Source: Syntrophales bacterium (GTDB lineage: Bacteria; Desulfobacterota; Syntrophia; Syntrophales; UBA2210). From it: 64,000 nt of DNA. Under the pieces are notes generated by a model. It searched no databases. It was not told where the DNA came from and was given only the letters and a program-made list of their open reading frames with translations. Shown in pieces: positions 1 through 10,872 of this stretch; position 1 is the stretch's first letter, and every line of letters begins with the position of its first letter. A program made the translations under genes and the position numbers. The stretch is from assembly GCA_963666365.2 (NCBI GenBank), contig CAXXNF010000002.1, forward strand, positions 896,001 through 960,000. The letters are read 5' to 3'.

Positions 1-920
1 GTGGGATTCATACCGGCCCCCTGCCCATAAAGAAGGACCGACCCCGCATAATCTCCGTCAAAATGGAAGGCGTTGAAGTTCCCGTTTACGCTTGACAGGA
101 GATGATCGAAGGGAATCATTGTGGGATGTATCCGGGCCTCTATTTCTTCTCCCCGTTGAATTGCAATGGCAAGAAGTTTGATGCGATATCCCAATTGACC
201 GGCAAATTCCACATCCTGCTGATCGAGATGAGCGATTCCTTCACGATAAATATCAGGAAGATTTACCCTCTTCCCATATGACAGCGCCAGAGATATCGCC
301 AGTTTATGGGCGGTATCGATGCCTTCGACATCGTATGTCGGATCGGCCTCGGCAAATCCCAGCCTTTGCGCTTCCTTCAACACTTCTTCAAAGGGCAGCC
401 CTTCATCGGTCATCCTGGAGAGGATATAATTGCAGGTACCGTTCATGATTCCGAAAATAGAAACGATATTGTTGGCCGCAAGGCTTTCCTTCAGTGTTTT
501 GATTACCGGTATCGCCCCTCCCACACTTGCTTCAAATCCTATATTCACCATCTCGGCATCGGCGGTTTCATATATTTCATTCCCGCAAGTGGCAAGAAGC
601 GCCTTGTTTGCGGTCACTACATGCTTCTTGTGCTTCATCGCTTCAATGATGAATGTCTTCGCAGGTTCCAGACCTCCCACCAGTTCGATCACGATATCGA
701 TCTCGGGATCATTCATTATTGCTTCTACGTTATCAGTAAGGACGGCATCTGCTGTGGATACTGAGCGCGGCGACATAATATCCTTATCGGCTATAGTCTT
801 GATCACAAGCGACGCACCAAGACGCTTTTCAATCAAGGATCTGTTCTTTTGCAAGAGATCGACCACTCCCGAGCCTACGGTTCCGAACCCTATCAATCCG
901 ACTTTAATAATTTTTTTCAC
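1..920 (-). CDS. hom: Homoserine dehydrogenase (3' end truncated by window edge)
   Basis: Not in the ORF track. Manual translation from GTG at 920 gives MKKIIKVGLIGFGTVGSGVV (Rossmann motif); near the window edge it reads ...LYGQGAGMNP, typical of Hom. Confidence 0.92.
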   Translation of the reverse strand, partial: MKKIIKVGLIGFGTVGSGVVDLLQKNRSLIEKRLGASLVIKTIADKDIMSPRSVSTADAVLTDNVEAIMNDPEIDIVIELVGGLEPAKTFIIEAMKHKKHVVTANKALLATCGNEIYETADAEMVNIGFEASVGGAIPVIKTLKESLAANNIVSIFGIMNGTCNYILSRMTDEGLPFEEVLKEAQRLGFAEADPTYDVEGIDTAHKLAISLALSYGKRVNLPDIYREGIAHLDQQDVEFAGQLGYRIKLLAIAIQRGEEIEARIHPTMIPFDHLLSSVNGNFNAFHFDGDYAGSVLLYGQGAGMNP

Positions 921-961
921 TCCCCACACCTTCCGATCATGCTTGTATGAGTACCATGCTT

Positions 962-3421
962 TCAGCCCGTCTTTGCCAATTCGAGACGATCCTTCCACCT
1001 TCTGAGCAACACTTCTCTGAGCAGGATATGTTCAGAGTCCTCGAGATGAGGATCTTTATTGCTCAGCCGGAAGGCTTCCTTGCGCGCTCTGTCGAGAAGT
1101 TCGCCGTCACGCAAGATGTTGGCGACGCGGAAATCGGGAAGACCCGATTGCCGAACCCCCATGAACTCGCCGGGGCCCCTGATTGCCAGGTCCTCTTCGG
1201 CGATCCGGAACCCATCGGCGGTTTGTTCCATGATGCGCAGTCGCCTGCGGGCATCTTCAGATCCCAAGTGATGTGCCACCAGAATACAGGAGGACTCGCT
1301 CGCGCCTCTTCCCACTCGTCCTCTCAACTGATGCAGTTGTGAAAGACCGAACCGTTCTGCATGCTCTATCACCATCAGCGATGCTCTCGGAATGTCGATG
1401 CCCACCTCTATGACGGTAGTCGACACGAGTATGTCAATGGCGCCGTTTCTGAAATCACCCATGATTCGGTCTTTTTCGTCCCCCTTCATCCGACCGTGCA
1501 CTAAACCGACTCGGAAATCGGGGAATATGTCCTTTTGCAGGTGCGCAGCCATGGTGGTGGCATCTTTGAGATCCAGCACCTCCGATTCCTCCACAAGAGG
1601 ATAGACAATAAACACCTGGTTCCCTTTTTTTATTTCCTGGTCGATACACGCATATACAAGATCTATCCTTTTTTCGAAATAGAGCTTTGTTTTGATGGGC
1701 TTCTTTGCCGGAGGCATCTGATCTATCACGGACACATCAAGGTCTCCATAGACGGTCATGGCCAATGTTCTTGGAATCGGAGTCGCCGTCATTACAAGCA
1801 CATCGGGAACAACGCCCTTGTCTCTCATGACCGCACGCTGGCGCACGCCGAAACGATGTTGTTCATCTATCACGACAAAGCCAAGCCTTTTGAAAATCAC
1901 CCCTTCCTGAATCAGGCTATGCGTGCCGATTATAATATCCGCTTCGCCCTTTTGAATTTGTTCGACTGCTACATACCGTTCTCTCGCCTTCATTGAGCCG
2001 GTCAGGAGCACTGCCGAGAGACCGAGCATCTTCGCCCAGCCTCCGATGTTGCGATAATGCTGCTCCGCCAGCATCTCCGTCGGCGCCATGATTGCCGATT
2101 GAAAACGGTTTTCAGACGCCACGATCATAGGAACCATCGACACAACCGTTTTGCCGCTTCCCACATCTCCCTGGAGAAGACGGTTCATCGGATATTCACG
2201 CTTCATATCTTCAAGGATTTCATCTATAACCCGCTTTTGGGCATGGGTCAACTCAAAGGGAAGGGCCTCATAAAATTTCCCAATCATGGAACCGCCCGTT
2301 ACAAAAGAATTTCCTTTCTCAACAACATTGCCCCGCTTTTTCAGCGCCATGCCCAGTTCGAAGAAAAAGAACTCATCAAACACCAATCTCCGATGCGACG
2401 GTGTTTTCATACGGTTCAACATCTCCATATCTGCATTGGATTCGGGGAAATGAACCTTTTTTACGGCATCCGCCATGCCGGGAAGACGCAGGCGTGTACA
2501 AATGTCGTCGGGAATCGGGCTGATAATGTACCGGGCGTAATCGTTGACAACTCTCATCATGATCCGACGCAGGTATTTTTGATTAAGCCCTTCCGTTTCC
2601 GAGTAAATCGGAACAATTCTTTTTACATGAAGGGAATCGTCGTCTTCGGAATCCAGTCTTTCATAGTCTGGGTGGAAAATATTACGTTCGAAAAGGGATC
2701 CCCTTACCTCTCCGATCAGAAAAAACCGCTCCCCTGTTTTAAATGTGCGCTGCAGATAGCTGAAATTACCGCGAAACCACTTCGCCGTCACCGCGCCGCT
2801 TCCATCATCGAAGATCACTTCGAATACACTCTTGTATCGATAGCGTTTCACCTCTGCGCTGACAACGGTTCCCAGCATTGTTTCAACGTTTCCGATTGCA
2901 GCATCCCCGATCCGTGTAATGTGTCTGCGGTCTTCATATTGACGGGGAAGGAAATAGAGCATGTCCTCAATTGTGTGAATCCCTTTTTTTACAAGCAGTG
3001 TCGCCATTTTTGGCCCCACGCCCTTCACAAATTGAATCGGTTGAGCCAGCGTATCAAAGCATCCCTTGCTGTCGACGATCACATTGTTCCCGGTCGAACA
3101 GACCAATCGCCCTCCATCATTCATCAGGTGTTTCAGTTCGTTGAAACACTGGATGGTCGAAACAAGACAGGCCTTTTTCGCTTCACTGTCGGCGTGGTCA
3201 AACCCCTGAAAGGCCCTTTCCATGTGTTCTCTAATCACGCGAGCTCTTTCGCGGAAATGTGGCTCTCCATCCAATGCATCCTCCGCATCGCTCATTTTCG
3301 AGAAAAACCCTCTCATAGTGCCTTCGAAATCCTTGACCAGCCCGATGTTTCTGAATGAATTTCCCGCAAGAAATGAAAGAGGGGCCTCCATGAGGGCTAT
3401 GATTTCCTTGTAATTATTCAT
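962..3421 (-). CDS. recG: ATP-dependent DNA helicase RecG
   Basis: Motifs RLLQGDVGSGKT, DEQHRFG, MTATPIPRTL, GLSQLHQLRGRVGRG, DLAIRGPGE; ~125-aa N-terminal extension. Confidence 0.97.
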   Translation of the reverse strand: MNNYKEIIALMEAPLSFLAGNSFRNIGLVKDFEGTMRGFFSKMSDAEDALDGEPHFRERARVIREHMERAFQGFDHADSEAKKACLVSTIQCFNELKHLMNDGGRLVCSTGNNVIVDSKGCFDTLAQPIQFVKGVGPKMATLLVKKGIHTIEDMLYFLPRQYEDRRHITRIGDAAIGNVETMLGTVVSAEVKRYRYKSVFEVIFDDGSGAVTAKWFRGNFSYLQRTFKTGERFFLIGEVRGSLFERNIFHPDYERLDSEDDDSLHVKRIVPIYSETEGLNQKYLRRIMMRVVNDYARYIISPIPDDICTRLRLPGMADAVKKVHFPESNADMEMLNRMKTPSHRRLVFDEFFFFELGMALKKRGNVVEKGNSFVTGGSMIGKFYEALPFELTHAQKRVIDEILEDMKREYPMNRLLQGDVGSGKTVVSMVPMIVASENRFQSAIMAPTEMLAEQHYRNIGGWAKMLGLSAVLLTGSMKARERYVAVEQIQKGEADIIIGTHSLIQEGVIFKRLGFVVIDEQHRFGVRQRAVMRDKGVVPDVLVMTATPIPRTLAMTVYGDLDVSVIDQMPPAKKPIKTKLYFEKRIDLVYACIDQEIKKGNQVFIVYPLVEESEVLDLKDATTMAAHLQKDIFPDFRVGLVHGRMKGDEKDRIMGDFRNGAIDILVSTTVIEVGIDIPRASLMVIEHAERFGLSQLHQLRGRVGRGASESSCILVAHHLGSEDARRRLRIMEQTADGFRIAEEDLAIRGPGEFMGVRQSGLPDFRVANILRDGELLDRARKEAFRLSNKDPHLEDSEHILLREVLLRRWKDRLELAKTG

Positions 3422-3505
3422 TCACTTACGCCTCAAAGCACCGATATTTGGGCCATTAAGACTGCGAATTATTAGCAGAAACGCAGTACTTTGACAAGGA
3501 AAGAA

Positions 3506-3534
3506 TTGACATTTTAAACGATTAGGGTTATCTA
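3506..3534 (+). promoter_or_regulatory. Putative sigma70 promoter for purM operon
   Basis: TTGACA-17 nt-TATCTA; the -10 match is imperfect. Confidence 0.45.
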
Positions 3535-3572
3535 CAGAGTATTATTTCGCTCAGAGGAAAGGACCCTGGGTT

Positions 3573-4619
3573 ATGGAGAAAAAAGGAACATCATACAAAG
3601 AAGCGGGCGTTGATATCGATCGGGCGAATGCATTTATTGATCGAATCAAGCCGCTTGTAAATACTGCCACACGGAAAGGGGTTTTAGGAAAAATCGGAAG
3701 CTTCGGCGGTCTGTTCCATCTGGATATTGAAACATATAAAAACCCCGTATTGGTCTCAACCACAGACGGGGTGGGCACAAAACTACTTATCGCCCATCAG
3801 ATGGACAAGCACGATACGGTAGGGGTCGACCTCGTGGCCATGAGCGTGAACGATCTCATTGTACAGGGTGCGGAACCGCTCTTCTTCCTCGATTACATCG
3901 CCACTGGAAAGATCGACACCGAAAAAAGCGTCGCGATTATTGAAGGTATTGCACAGGGATGCAGAGAATCCGGGTGTGCCCTTATCGGCGGCGAAACGGC
4001 TGAAATGCCGGGTTTTTACAATGATGAAGAGTACGATCTGGCCGGTTTCTGTGTCGGCGTGGTGGACTATGACAAGATTATCGACGGCTCCGATATTCGT
4101 GTGGGAGACAAAATCATCGGTCTGGCTTCAAGCGGTATTCACAGCAACGGCTATTCTCTTGTCAGAAAGGTCTTTTTCGAAAAGGCAAAACTGACGGTTC
4201 ATGATCGAGTTGACGGTCTGGATGATACCCTGGGTCTTGAATTGCTTCGCCCGACAAGAATATACACAAAATCCATTTTAAATCTGATTAAAAATCTGCC
4301 CGTGAGCGGGCTTGTTCATATCACCGGGGGGGGGTTTATAGATAATATCCCCCGGATACTGCACGACCCTTGCCGGGCGATCATTGAGAGAAACAGTTGG
4401 CCCATACCTCCGATTTTTCAGATTATTCAGGATATCGGGAAAATAGAAGAATCGGAAATGTGCAGGGTGTTCAATATGGGTATAGGAATGATAGTGGTCG
4501 TCCATGATGAAGATGCCGACGACGCCCTTGAACGTTTGAATTTACTTGGCGAGAAGGCCTTTTTCATCGGCACGGTTGCACAGCGAAGCGAAACGGAACA
4601 ACCGGTGGTATTCATATAG
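3573..4619 (+). CDS. purM: Phosphoribosylformylglycinamidine cyclo-ligase (AIR synthase)
   Basis: YKEAGVDI, TDGVGTK, GGETAEMPG, SSGIHSNGYSL, HITGGG. Confidence 0.97.
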   Translation: MEKKGTSYKEAGVDIDRANAFIDRIKPLVNTATRKGVLGKIGSFGGLFHLDIETYKNPVLVSTTDGVGTKLLIAHQMDKHDTVGVDLVAMSVNDLIVQGAEPLFFLDYIATGKIDTEKSVAIIEGIAQGCRESGCALIGGETAEMPGFYNDEEYDLAGFCVGVVDYDKIIDGSDIRVGDKIIGLASSGIHSNGYSLVRKVFFEKAKLTVHDRVDGLDDTLGLELLRPTRIYTKSILNLIKNLPVSGLVHITGGGFIDNIPRILHDPCRAIIERNSWPIPPIFQIIQDIGKIEESEMCRVFNMGIGMIVVVHDEDADDALERLNLLGEKAFFIGTVAQRSETEQPVVFI

Positions 4620-4621
4620 AA

Positions 4622-5287
4622 ATGAGGAAGAAACTTACTATTGGCGTGCTTGTTTCGGGAAGCGGATCGAATCTTCAATCCATCATCGATAAGATTGAGG
4701 AGGGAACGCTCGATGCCTCCATCAGCATTGTGATCAGCAATATTTCAGACGCCTACGCGCTCGAAAGGGCCAGGCGGCATAATATCAAGTCGGTTGTTGT
4801 CGATCACCGGCAATTCAAGACCCGTGAGGAATTTGAAAAGAAACTGATTGGCCTGTTGCGAGCCCATTCGGTTGAACTGGTTATAATGGCGGGATTCATG
4901 AGAATACTCTCCTCTCTTTTTTTGCAGACCTTTCCCTCTAGAATTATGAACATTCACCCGGCGCTTCTCCCCTCTTTTCAAGGTCTTCACGGTCAAAAGC
5001 AGGCCTTTGATTACGGTGTAAAATTTTCAGGATGCACGGTTCACTTCGCCGACGACGGCGTTGATACCGGTCCTATAATCATGCAGGCTATTGTTCCTGT
5101 TTTTGACAACGACACAGCCGACACGCTTCAACAGAGGATACTGAAGGAAGAACATCGCCTGTTTCCTCAGGCAATTCAATTTTATGCAGAAGGCCGGATT
5201 CAAATTGAGGGAAGAAAGGTTCGCATAATAGACGCAACCAACATTGAGGATCTTCCATTACATAATCCTCCAATAGAACGCTTTTAA
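4622..5287 (+). CDS. purN: Phosphoribosylglycinamide formyltransferase
   Basis: SGSGSNLQ, NIHPALLP, HF..DGVDTGPII; directly follows purM. Confidence 0.97.
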   Translation: MRKKLTIGVLVSGSGSNLQSIIDKIEEGTLDASISIVISNISDAYALERARRHNIKSVVVDHRQFKTREEFEKKLIGLLRAHSVELVIMAGFMRILSSLFLQTFPSRIMNIHPALLPSFQGLHGQKQAFDYGVKFSGCTVHFADDGVDTGPIIMQAIVPVFDNDTADTLQQRILKEEHRLFPQAIQFYAEGRIQIEGRKVRIIDATNIEDLPLHNPPIERF

Positions 5288-5293
5288 TCTGCC

Positions 5294-5731
5294 ATGATAC
5301 TTATCAGCGCCTGTCTTTTGGGAGTCTGTTGCCGTTTCGATGGAAAAAACAGTGCCCATCAGGACATTCAGATATTGCACACACAAGAGGTTCTGATTCC
5401 GGTCTGTCCCGAACAACTGGGAGGACTTCCTACTCCCCGCTCACCCGCCGAAATAAAGAAAGGCAACGGGATGGACGTACTTTTAAAGAGGGCCCGCGTG
5501 ATAAATGCCGAAGGACTTGATGTGTCGACCCAATTTATAACCGGCGCTGAACAGGCCCTTTTTATTGTTCGTGCCCTTGGCGTTGACCGGGCCATACTGA
5601 AAGAACGGAGTCCTTCCTGCGGCACTCATTACATTAAAAGGGGCGGCAGAACGATTGAAGGCATTGGAGTTACCGCGGCGCTTCTGAAAAAACACGGCAT
5701 ACAGATAATCTCCTCGGAGGAAGTGAATTAG
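5294..5731 (+). CDS. DUF523 / 2-thiouracil desulfurase (TudS)-family Fe-S protein
   Basis: SACLLG..CRFDG, VCPEQLGGLPTPR, LKERSPSCG, GVTAALL. Confidence 0.88.
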   Translation: MILISACLLGVCCRFDGKNSAHQDIQILHTQEVLIPVCPEQLGGLPTPRSPAEIKKGNGMDVLLKRARVINAEGLDVSTQFITGAEQALFIVRALGVDRAILKERSPSCGTHYIKRGGRTIEGIGVTAALLKKHGIQIISSEEVN

Positions 5732-5806
5732 TGCCCATGCGCGGGTTCGAAGGAGATATTTTGACGGCGTCGGCCGCATTAAAAACAGCAACGGGGGGTT
5801 CTACCT

Positions 5807-7087
5807 ATGTTTGAAATTGAAAACCTGGGAACATGCACAATACCAACACCGATTTCGGCGGATCATTTTATCCAGGACGGGCAACGCCTTCTCGTGGACC
5901 ATTACATCACTGCGTCCTCACCTGTCCCGAAATCGGAGGCAGCCTCTCTGGAGTTGGCGGGACCAAGAGAAACTATTTACTTCGATCCTTCAAAGGTCAA
6001 AGCCGCAGTCGTCACCTGCGGAGGCTTGAGTCCCGGCCTCAACGACGTAATTCGCGCTGTGGTGATGGAGCTTTTTTATCGATACGGAGTCAGTAATATC
6101 ATCGGAGTAAAATTCGGATTTCAAGGTCTCATTTCCCGCTACGGTCACCCCATTGTTGAGCTTACTCCGAATATTGTGAAAGATATTCATATGTTGGGGG
6201 GTAGCATTCTTGCATCGTCGCGGGGAAAGCAGGATATAGTCGAAATGGTCGACTCGCTTTTGAGAATGAATGTCAATCTTTTCTTCTGTATAGGCGGCGA
6301 CGGCACTATGAAGGCCACCAAATTGATTTCAGAGGAAATAGGCAGGCGCAACCTGAAAATATCAGTGATTGGAATTCCGAAGACCATTGATAATGACCTT
6401 AACCTCATTGATAAAACATTCGGCTTTGATACTGCCATATCGGAAGTGGTAAAGGTTATTCAATGCGCCCATGTAGAAGCGAAAGGCGCTCCTCGGGGCA
6501 TTGGTCTTGTAAAAATAATGGGACGTGAGTCGGGCCATATTGCCGTTAGTGCGACACTTGCGAATAACGATGTCAACTTTGCCCTCATTCCGGAGGTTCC
6601 CTTCGATCTCAAAGGTGAACAGGGATTTCTCGCCGTTCTTGAAGAGCGCCTTCGCCGCTCCGACCATGCACTGATACTTGTCTCGGAGGGGGCCGGCCAG
6701 AACCTCTTTTCAAGCGAAAAAGGACAGGAAACCGATGCTTCAGGCAATCTGAGGCTTTACGACATAGGGGTTTTTCTCAAAAATGAAATCGAATCTCACT
6801 TTCAATCCAGAGACATAGAAATAAATATTAAATATATCGACCCAAGCTATATCATCAGAAGCGTGCCCGCGAACGCCAGCGACAGCATATACTGCACACT
6901 GCTGGGACAGTATGCAGTACATGCAGGCATGGCAGGTAAAACCGGAATGGTCGTCGGACTTTTCAACAACGAATACGTTCATTTACCCCTTGAGTCCGTC
7001 ACCTCTCGAAAAAAAGTAAATATACGGGGAAATCTCTGGATGAGAACGCTCGAGGCAACAGGTCAACCGCGCTCCATGAAAAATTAA
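5807..7087 (+). CDS. pfkA: 6-phosphofructokinase (probably ATP-dependent)
   Basis: [37 protein letters not shown]. Confidence 0.92.
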   Translation: MFEIENLGTCTIPTPISADHFIQDGQRLLVDHYITASSPVPKSEAASLELAGPRETIYFDPSKVKAAVVTCGGLSPGLNDVIRAVVMELFYRYGVSNIIGVKFGFQGLISRYGHPIVELTPNIVKDIHMLGGSILASSRGKQDIVEMVDSLLRMNVNLFFCIGGDGTMKATKLISEEIGRRNLKISVIGIPKTIDNDLNLIDKTFGFDTAISEVVKVIQCAHVEAKGAPRGIGLVKIMGRESGHIAVSATLANNDVNFALIPEVPFDLKGEQGFLAVLEERLRRSDHALILVSEGAGQNLFSSEKGQETDASGNLRLYDIGVFLKNEIESHFQSRDIEINIKYIDPSYIIRSVPANASDSIYCTLLGQYAVHAGMAGKTGMVVGLFNNEYVHLPLESVTSRKKVNIRGNLWMRTLEATGQPRSMKN

Positions 7088-7214
7088 TACGGATGCGTCG
7101 TCAAAAAAGACTTGCAAAATCAACTATGATAGTTTAGAGAACTTCATTCATTCCTTAGGACATGCGGGAAGGAATGGACTAATTGATCAGAATGATGCGA
7201 AGAGGAGAAAAGAG

Positions 7215-7415
7215 ATGTCTCGAATCTGCGACATATGCGGAAAAGGTCCCACCGTCGGCAACAATGTAAGCCATGCGAACAACAAAACGCGCAAAGTATG
7301 GTATCCAAATCTTCAAAAGATACGTGTCAGGGATGACAAAACCGGCGCCGTAAAAAGAATGAAGGTGTGCACGAGGTGCATCCGTTCGGGACATGTCACC
7401 AAAGCCGTTCAGTAG
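7215..7415 (+). CDS. rpmB: 50S ribosomal protein L28
   Basis: [30 protein letters not shown]...CTRCIRSG. Confidence 0.97.
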   Translation: MSRICDICGKGPTVGNNVSHANNKTRKVWYPNLQKIRVRDDKTGAVKRMKVCTRCIRSGHVTKAVQ

Positions 7416-7442
7416 CCCTCTCTACTAGAAGCACTGCACCGG

Positions 7443-7476
7443 AACGGTGACGGCACAGCCGCCGTCGCCGTTTTTT
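7443..7476 (+). terminator. Intrinsic terminator after rpmB
   Basis: Stem AACGGTGACGGC/GCCGTCGCCGTT with a 6-nt loop, followed by a T-run. Confidence 0.8.
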
Positions 7477-7518
7477 CGTTTCATTGAATCACGTCCATGA
7501 AGAATAGGAGAATCCGCC

Positions 7519-8076
7519 ATGCCAAAGGTAAAGTTGGGACCTCAGACGTTGCTCTATCCCATGCCTGCTGTACTCATCGGATCAATGGTCCGGAAACGCC
7601 CCAACTTCATGACCGCCGCCTGGTGCTCCATCGCTGCGCTCAAACCGCCGGCCGTCGCTGTTGCCGTTCATAAAACGCGGCACACCCTTGAAGGCATAGA
7701 AGAAACCGGAACTTTTTCCGTCAATGTGCCCTCGTCCGATATGGCCGAAATCGTTGACTTCTGCGGCATCTATTCCGGTCGCAGCAGTGACAAATCAACC
7801 CTGTTCCATCTTTTCTATGGAGTATTGAATTCGGCGCCCCTTGTCGATGAGTGCCCGCTCAACCTCGAGTGCACACTCATCCATACCGTCGACTTGCAGA
7901 GTCACAAATTGGTGATCGGTGAAATTGTGGAAACCTATATTCGTGAAGACTGCCTCGTGAACGGAAAACCGGCGCCTTCGAAAATCAACCCATTGATTTT
8001 CTCCGTCGGAACACTGGAATACCATGAATTAGGGGATGCAATCGGTCGCGCCTATCGCATCGGAAAGAAAGAATAA
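7519..8076 (+). CDS. Flavin reductase-family (flavoredoxin-like) protein
   Basis: LYPMPAVLI, PNFMTAAW, FSVNVPS, DFCGIYSG, ECPLNLEC. Confidence 0.88.
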   Translation: MPKVKLGPQTLLYPMPAVLIGSMVRKRPNFMTAAWCSIAALKPPAVAVAVHKTRHTLEGIEETGTFSVNVPSSDMAEIVDFCGIYSGRSSDKSTLFHLFYGVLNSAPLVDECPLNLECTLIHTVDLQSHKLVIGEIVETYIREDCLVNGKPAPSKINPLIFSVGTLEYHELGDAIGRAYRIGKKE

Positions 8077-8103
8077 ACAAAATGGAGGCAACGTCCTGTT
8101 TCT

Positions 8104-8856
8104 TCATGCCTTCTGAGATGCTGCAGCCTCATTAAGCCCCGTTTCAATGACGGTTCTCACTTTGTTTATGAGATCCTCTTTTGTCTCATTGGTATAGCCA
8201 TCCACCGGTATCGGTTCATGCACCACGACTTCCATGGCGCCTGGAACCATCTTCAGTGTTCCTTTCGGCAGTATGGCTCTTCCTCCTCTCACGGTTACGG
8301 GAAGTATGGGAACACCGGCCGCAAGCGCGATCACAAACCCACCCTTCTTGAAAGGGAGCAGCGCCCCGTCGGTACTTCGTGTTCCCTCCGGGAAAAACAT
8401 GATCGAGGCACCTGCGCGAATTTTTTCTCCGGCGGCCTGGAGACTCTGTCGTGCGTGCGTTGAATTACCCCTGTCGATGGATATGGTCCCTATCCTTTCG
8501 CAGCAGTATCCGAAAAAGGGTATTCTGCGAAGTTCGATTTTCATAACCCATCTGAACTGTACAGGCAGATACCCCATCAACGCGAGCACATCATAATGGC
8601 TCTGATGATTCGCCATTACAATATAGGGCTGATGCGTTGCGATGTGATGGAGCCCCTTTGCGGTGACACGGACGCCTGACATGAAGAGATTGCTGCGCGA
8701 CCAGAACTTACCAAGGTAAAACCCCGCATTCCCCCTATGATCAACAAGAGAAGCCACGAGCGCCATAGCACCGAATATCAGTGTCTGTACGACCACGGAA
8801 CCCATGAAAAACGGACGATAGACAGGAAATAATAATTGAGTGACCGACTTTTTCAT
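8104..8856 (-). CDS. plsC: 1-acyl-sn-glycerol-3-phosphate acyltransferase (PlsC family)
   Basis: NHQSHYD, FFPEGTRS, FKKGGF. Confidence 0.88.
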   Translation of the reverse strand: MKKSVTQLLFPVYRPFFMGSVVVQTLIFGAMALVASLVDHRGNAGFYLGKFWSRSNLFMSGVRVTAKGLHHIATHQPYIVMANHQSHYDVLALMGYLPVQFRWVMKIELRRIPFFGYCCERIGTISIDRGNSTHARQSLQAAGEKIRAGASIMFFPEGTRSTDGALLPFKKGGFVIALAAGVPILPVTVRGGRAILPKGTLKMVPGAMEVVVHEPIPVDGYTNETKEDLINKVRTVIETGLNEAAASQKA

Positions 8857-9113
8857 ATCTGCACCTGCACTACATCTTAAATATGAAGAACCGCAAAACG
8901 TTTTCGCGTGTGTAACGGGTTAGAGACCTCCGACCAGCTCATCCCGTCCTGTTGTGAATACCTCCGTTTTTCAAAGAAATCAACCCGCATAATTTGTAAA
9001 ATATACATTCACAACATCTCTCACTACTGCGGGCAGGCTTGAAAAACAGACGTCTTTATGCCATACAATGTTTTTAGTGACAGTGCGGCACGCCGCCATA
9101 GGTGAGTTCATCG

Positions 9114-10109
9114 ATGCATTCAGACACAGATAAGGTAATGCCTGTAGAGGAAGCGGTGGATCGCTTCGTAAAAAACGGCTGCCACATTTCAATCGGCGGT
9201 TTTACGATTAACCGCAATCCTATGGCAGCCGTGTATGCAATTATACGAAAGCGCCTAGAAGGGCTGCATCTTTACGTGCACTCAAACGGGACCGCCGTTG
9301 ATGAGCTCATCGGCGCCGGTTGCGTATCAAAATTGGAACTCGCTTACGGAGGAAATGGACGTCTGGCGCCCACCTGCATTCGCCTGAGAAAGGCGGTCGA
9401 ATCTCAAAGCATCATTTGTGAGGACTATAGCAACTATCAGATGGCGCTACGCTTTCTCGCCGGCGCCATGGGGGTTCCCTTCCTTCCCACCAGATCGTCC
9501 CTCGGTTCGGATATTGTCAATATATGGGGGTTTTCAGAACACATGAGGGCCTGCGACGACCGGATTCCCGACAAAAAACTCGTCGTTATCGAAAACCCTT
9601 TCGGCAGCTGGTGCGCTGCGAGAGAGATTGTTCTCGTCCCCGCAATATGTCCCGATGTCACAATTATTCATGTGCAGAAGGCCGACTCCCAGGGAACCTG
9701 CAGGATTCTTGGAAATACTTTTGCCGATGTCGAGCAGGCAAGGGCCGCCAGGCACGTCATCGTCACCTGTGATGAGCTTGTATCCAGCGAAGAATTACGG
9801 AAAGATCCCGACCGCAACAAGCTCTCCCTGATCGACGTTTCGGCGGTCTGTCCCATCGCCTTCGGTGCATACCCCACCGCATCATTCCGTCTCTATGACT
9901 ATGACGCACGATACATGGCTGAGTATGCAAGATCTGCAGAAAGCGACGATCGCTTTCGTGCATATCAAAATGAATTTATTTTCGGGGTGAAAAACCACGA
10001 GCAATTTCTTGCCTTGATCGGTTCCGAACGACTTGCATCCCTCACTGCAGATCCCCGTAAGGGCTACTCGCTTGAGGGCAGAACGCTCTCACAGGGGAAA
10101 ACCGCATGA
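9114..10109 (+). CDS. Family I CoA-transferase alpha subunit (glutaconate CoA-transferase GctA-like)
   Basis: ISIGGF...RNPMA, LRFLAGAMGVPFLP.RS.LGSD, IIHVQKAD; start is uncertain (9102/9114/9138). Confidence 0.88.
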   Translation: MHSDTDKVMPVEEAVDRFVKNGCHISIGGFTINRNPMAAVYAIIRKRLEGLHLYVHSNGTAVDELIGAGCVSKLELAYGGNGRLAPTCIRLRKAVESQSIICEDYSNYQMALRFLAGAMGVPFLPTRSSLGSDIVNIWGFSEHMRACDDRIPDKKLVVIENPFGSWCAAREIVLVPAICPDVTIIHVQKADSQGTCRILGNTFADVEQARAARHVIVTCDELVSSEELRKDPDRNKLSLIDVSAVCPIAFGAYPTASFRLYDYDARYMAEYARSAESDDRFRAYQNEFIFGVKNHEQFLALIGSERLASLTADPRKGYSLEGRTLSQGKTA

Positions 10110-10867
10110 ACTTCACTTCCAACGAACAAATGACCATAATGGCGGCACGAGAAATTAAAAACGGTGATATCGTCTTTTGCGGGACCGGCATCTCAATGGT
10201 GGCGGCTATGGCGGCGAAACACATACATGCCCCGGAGAGCATCATTTTTTTCGAAACGGGCTCAATAGATTCTTCTCTCGAAGATATACCGCTTGCCGTA
10301 TCCGATCCCCGGGTTATGTGTGGCGGGTCCTTAAACGGAACGCTCCTTGATGCCTTTTCCACCATGCAGAATCGCACAACAGGCAACCGAGTGATCGGCA
10401 TTGTAGGCGCCGCGCAAATCGACCGATTCGCAAATTTGAATACAACCGTAATTGGTGAATATCATTCACCTCTGGTGCGTCTCGCCGGAAGCGGAGGATC
10501 CTGTGATGTCGCCTCATTTGCACCGCGATTGTGTGTGTTTATGAAACACGAAAAAAGAAGATTTGTCTCGAAACTCGACTACCTGACTAGCCCCGGATAT
10601 ATCGACGGCCCTCAGGGCAGGCAGCGGGCTGGGCTTCCCGAAAGAATCGCCACCACAGTGATCACCGACATGGGTATCATTAGATTCGACCCTGACAGTG
10701 CAGGCATATATCTCGACTGCTGCTATAGGGGAATTGTCCCTGAAACAATTCTTGAAAACACGGGATTTGAACTCGACATATCGCGTGCCGTACCGGCAGC
10801 GCCGCCGACACACAATGAATTGGAAATTTTACGTAAAAAATGTGATCCCGAGGGATATTTTTCCTAG
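10106..10867 (+). CDS. Family I CoA-transferase beta subunit (GctB-like)
   Basis: FFETG (catalytic Glu position), AQIDRFANLN, GSGG..D, YLTSPG; 4-nt overlap with the alpha subunit. Confidence 0.88.
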   Translation: MNFTSNEQMTIMAAREIKNGDIVFCGTGISMVAAMAAKHIHAPESIIFFETGSIDSSLEDIPLAVSDPRVMCGGSLNGTLLDAFSTMQNRTTGNRVIGIVGAAQIDRFANLNTTVIGEYHSPLVRLAGSGGSCDVASFAPRLCVFMKHEKRRFVSKLDYLTSPGYIDGPQGRQRAGLPERIATTVITDMGIIRFDPDSAGIYLDCCYRGIVPETILENTGFELDISRAVPAAPPTHNELEILRKKCDPEGYFS

Positions 10868-10872
10868 CATAC

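Noticed and set aside
306..1342. Plus-strand ORFs 306-764, 430-1005 and 947-1342
   Set aside because: Antisense shadows of hom and recG.
2057..3358. 433-aa plus-strand ORF
   Set aside because: Entirely antisense to recG; no recognisable motifs.
8880..8970. Possible structured RNA upstream of plsC (ACGGG...CCCGT)
   Set aside because: Short stem only; no recognisable riboswitch features.
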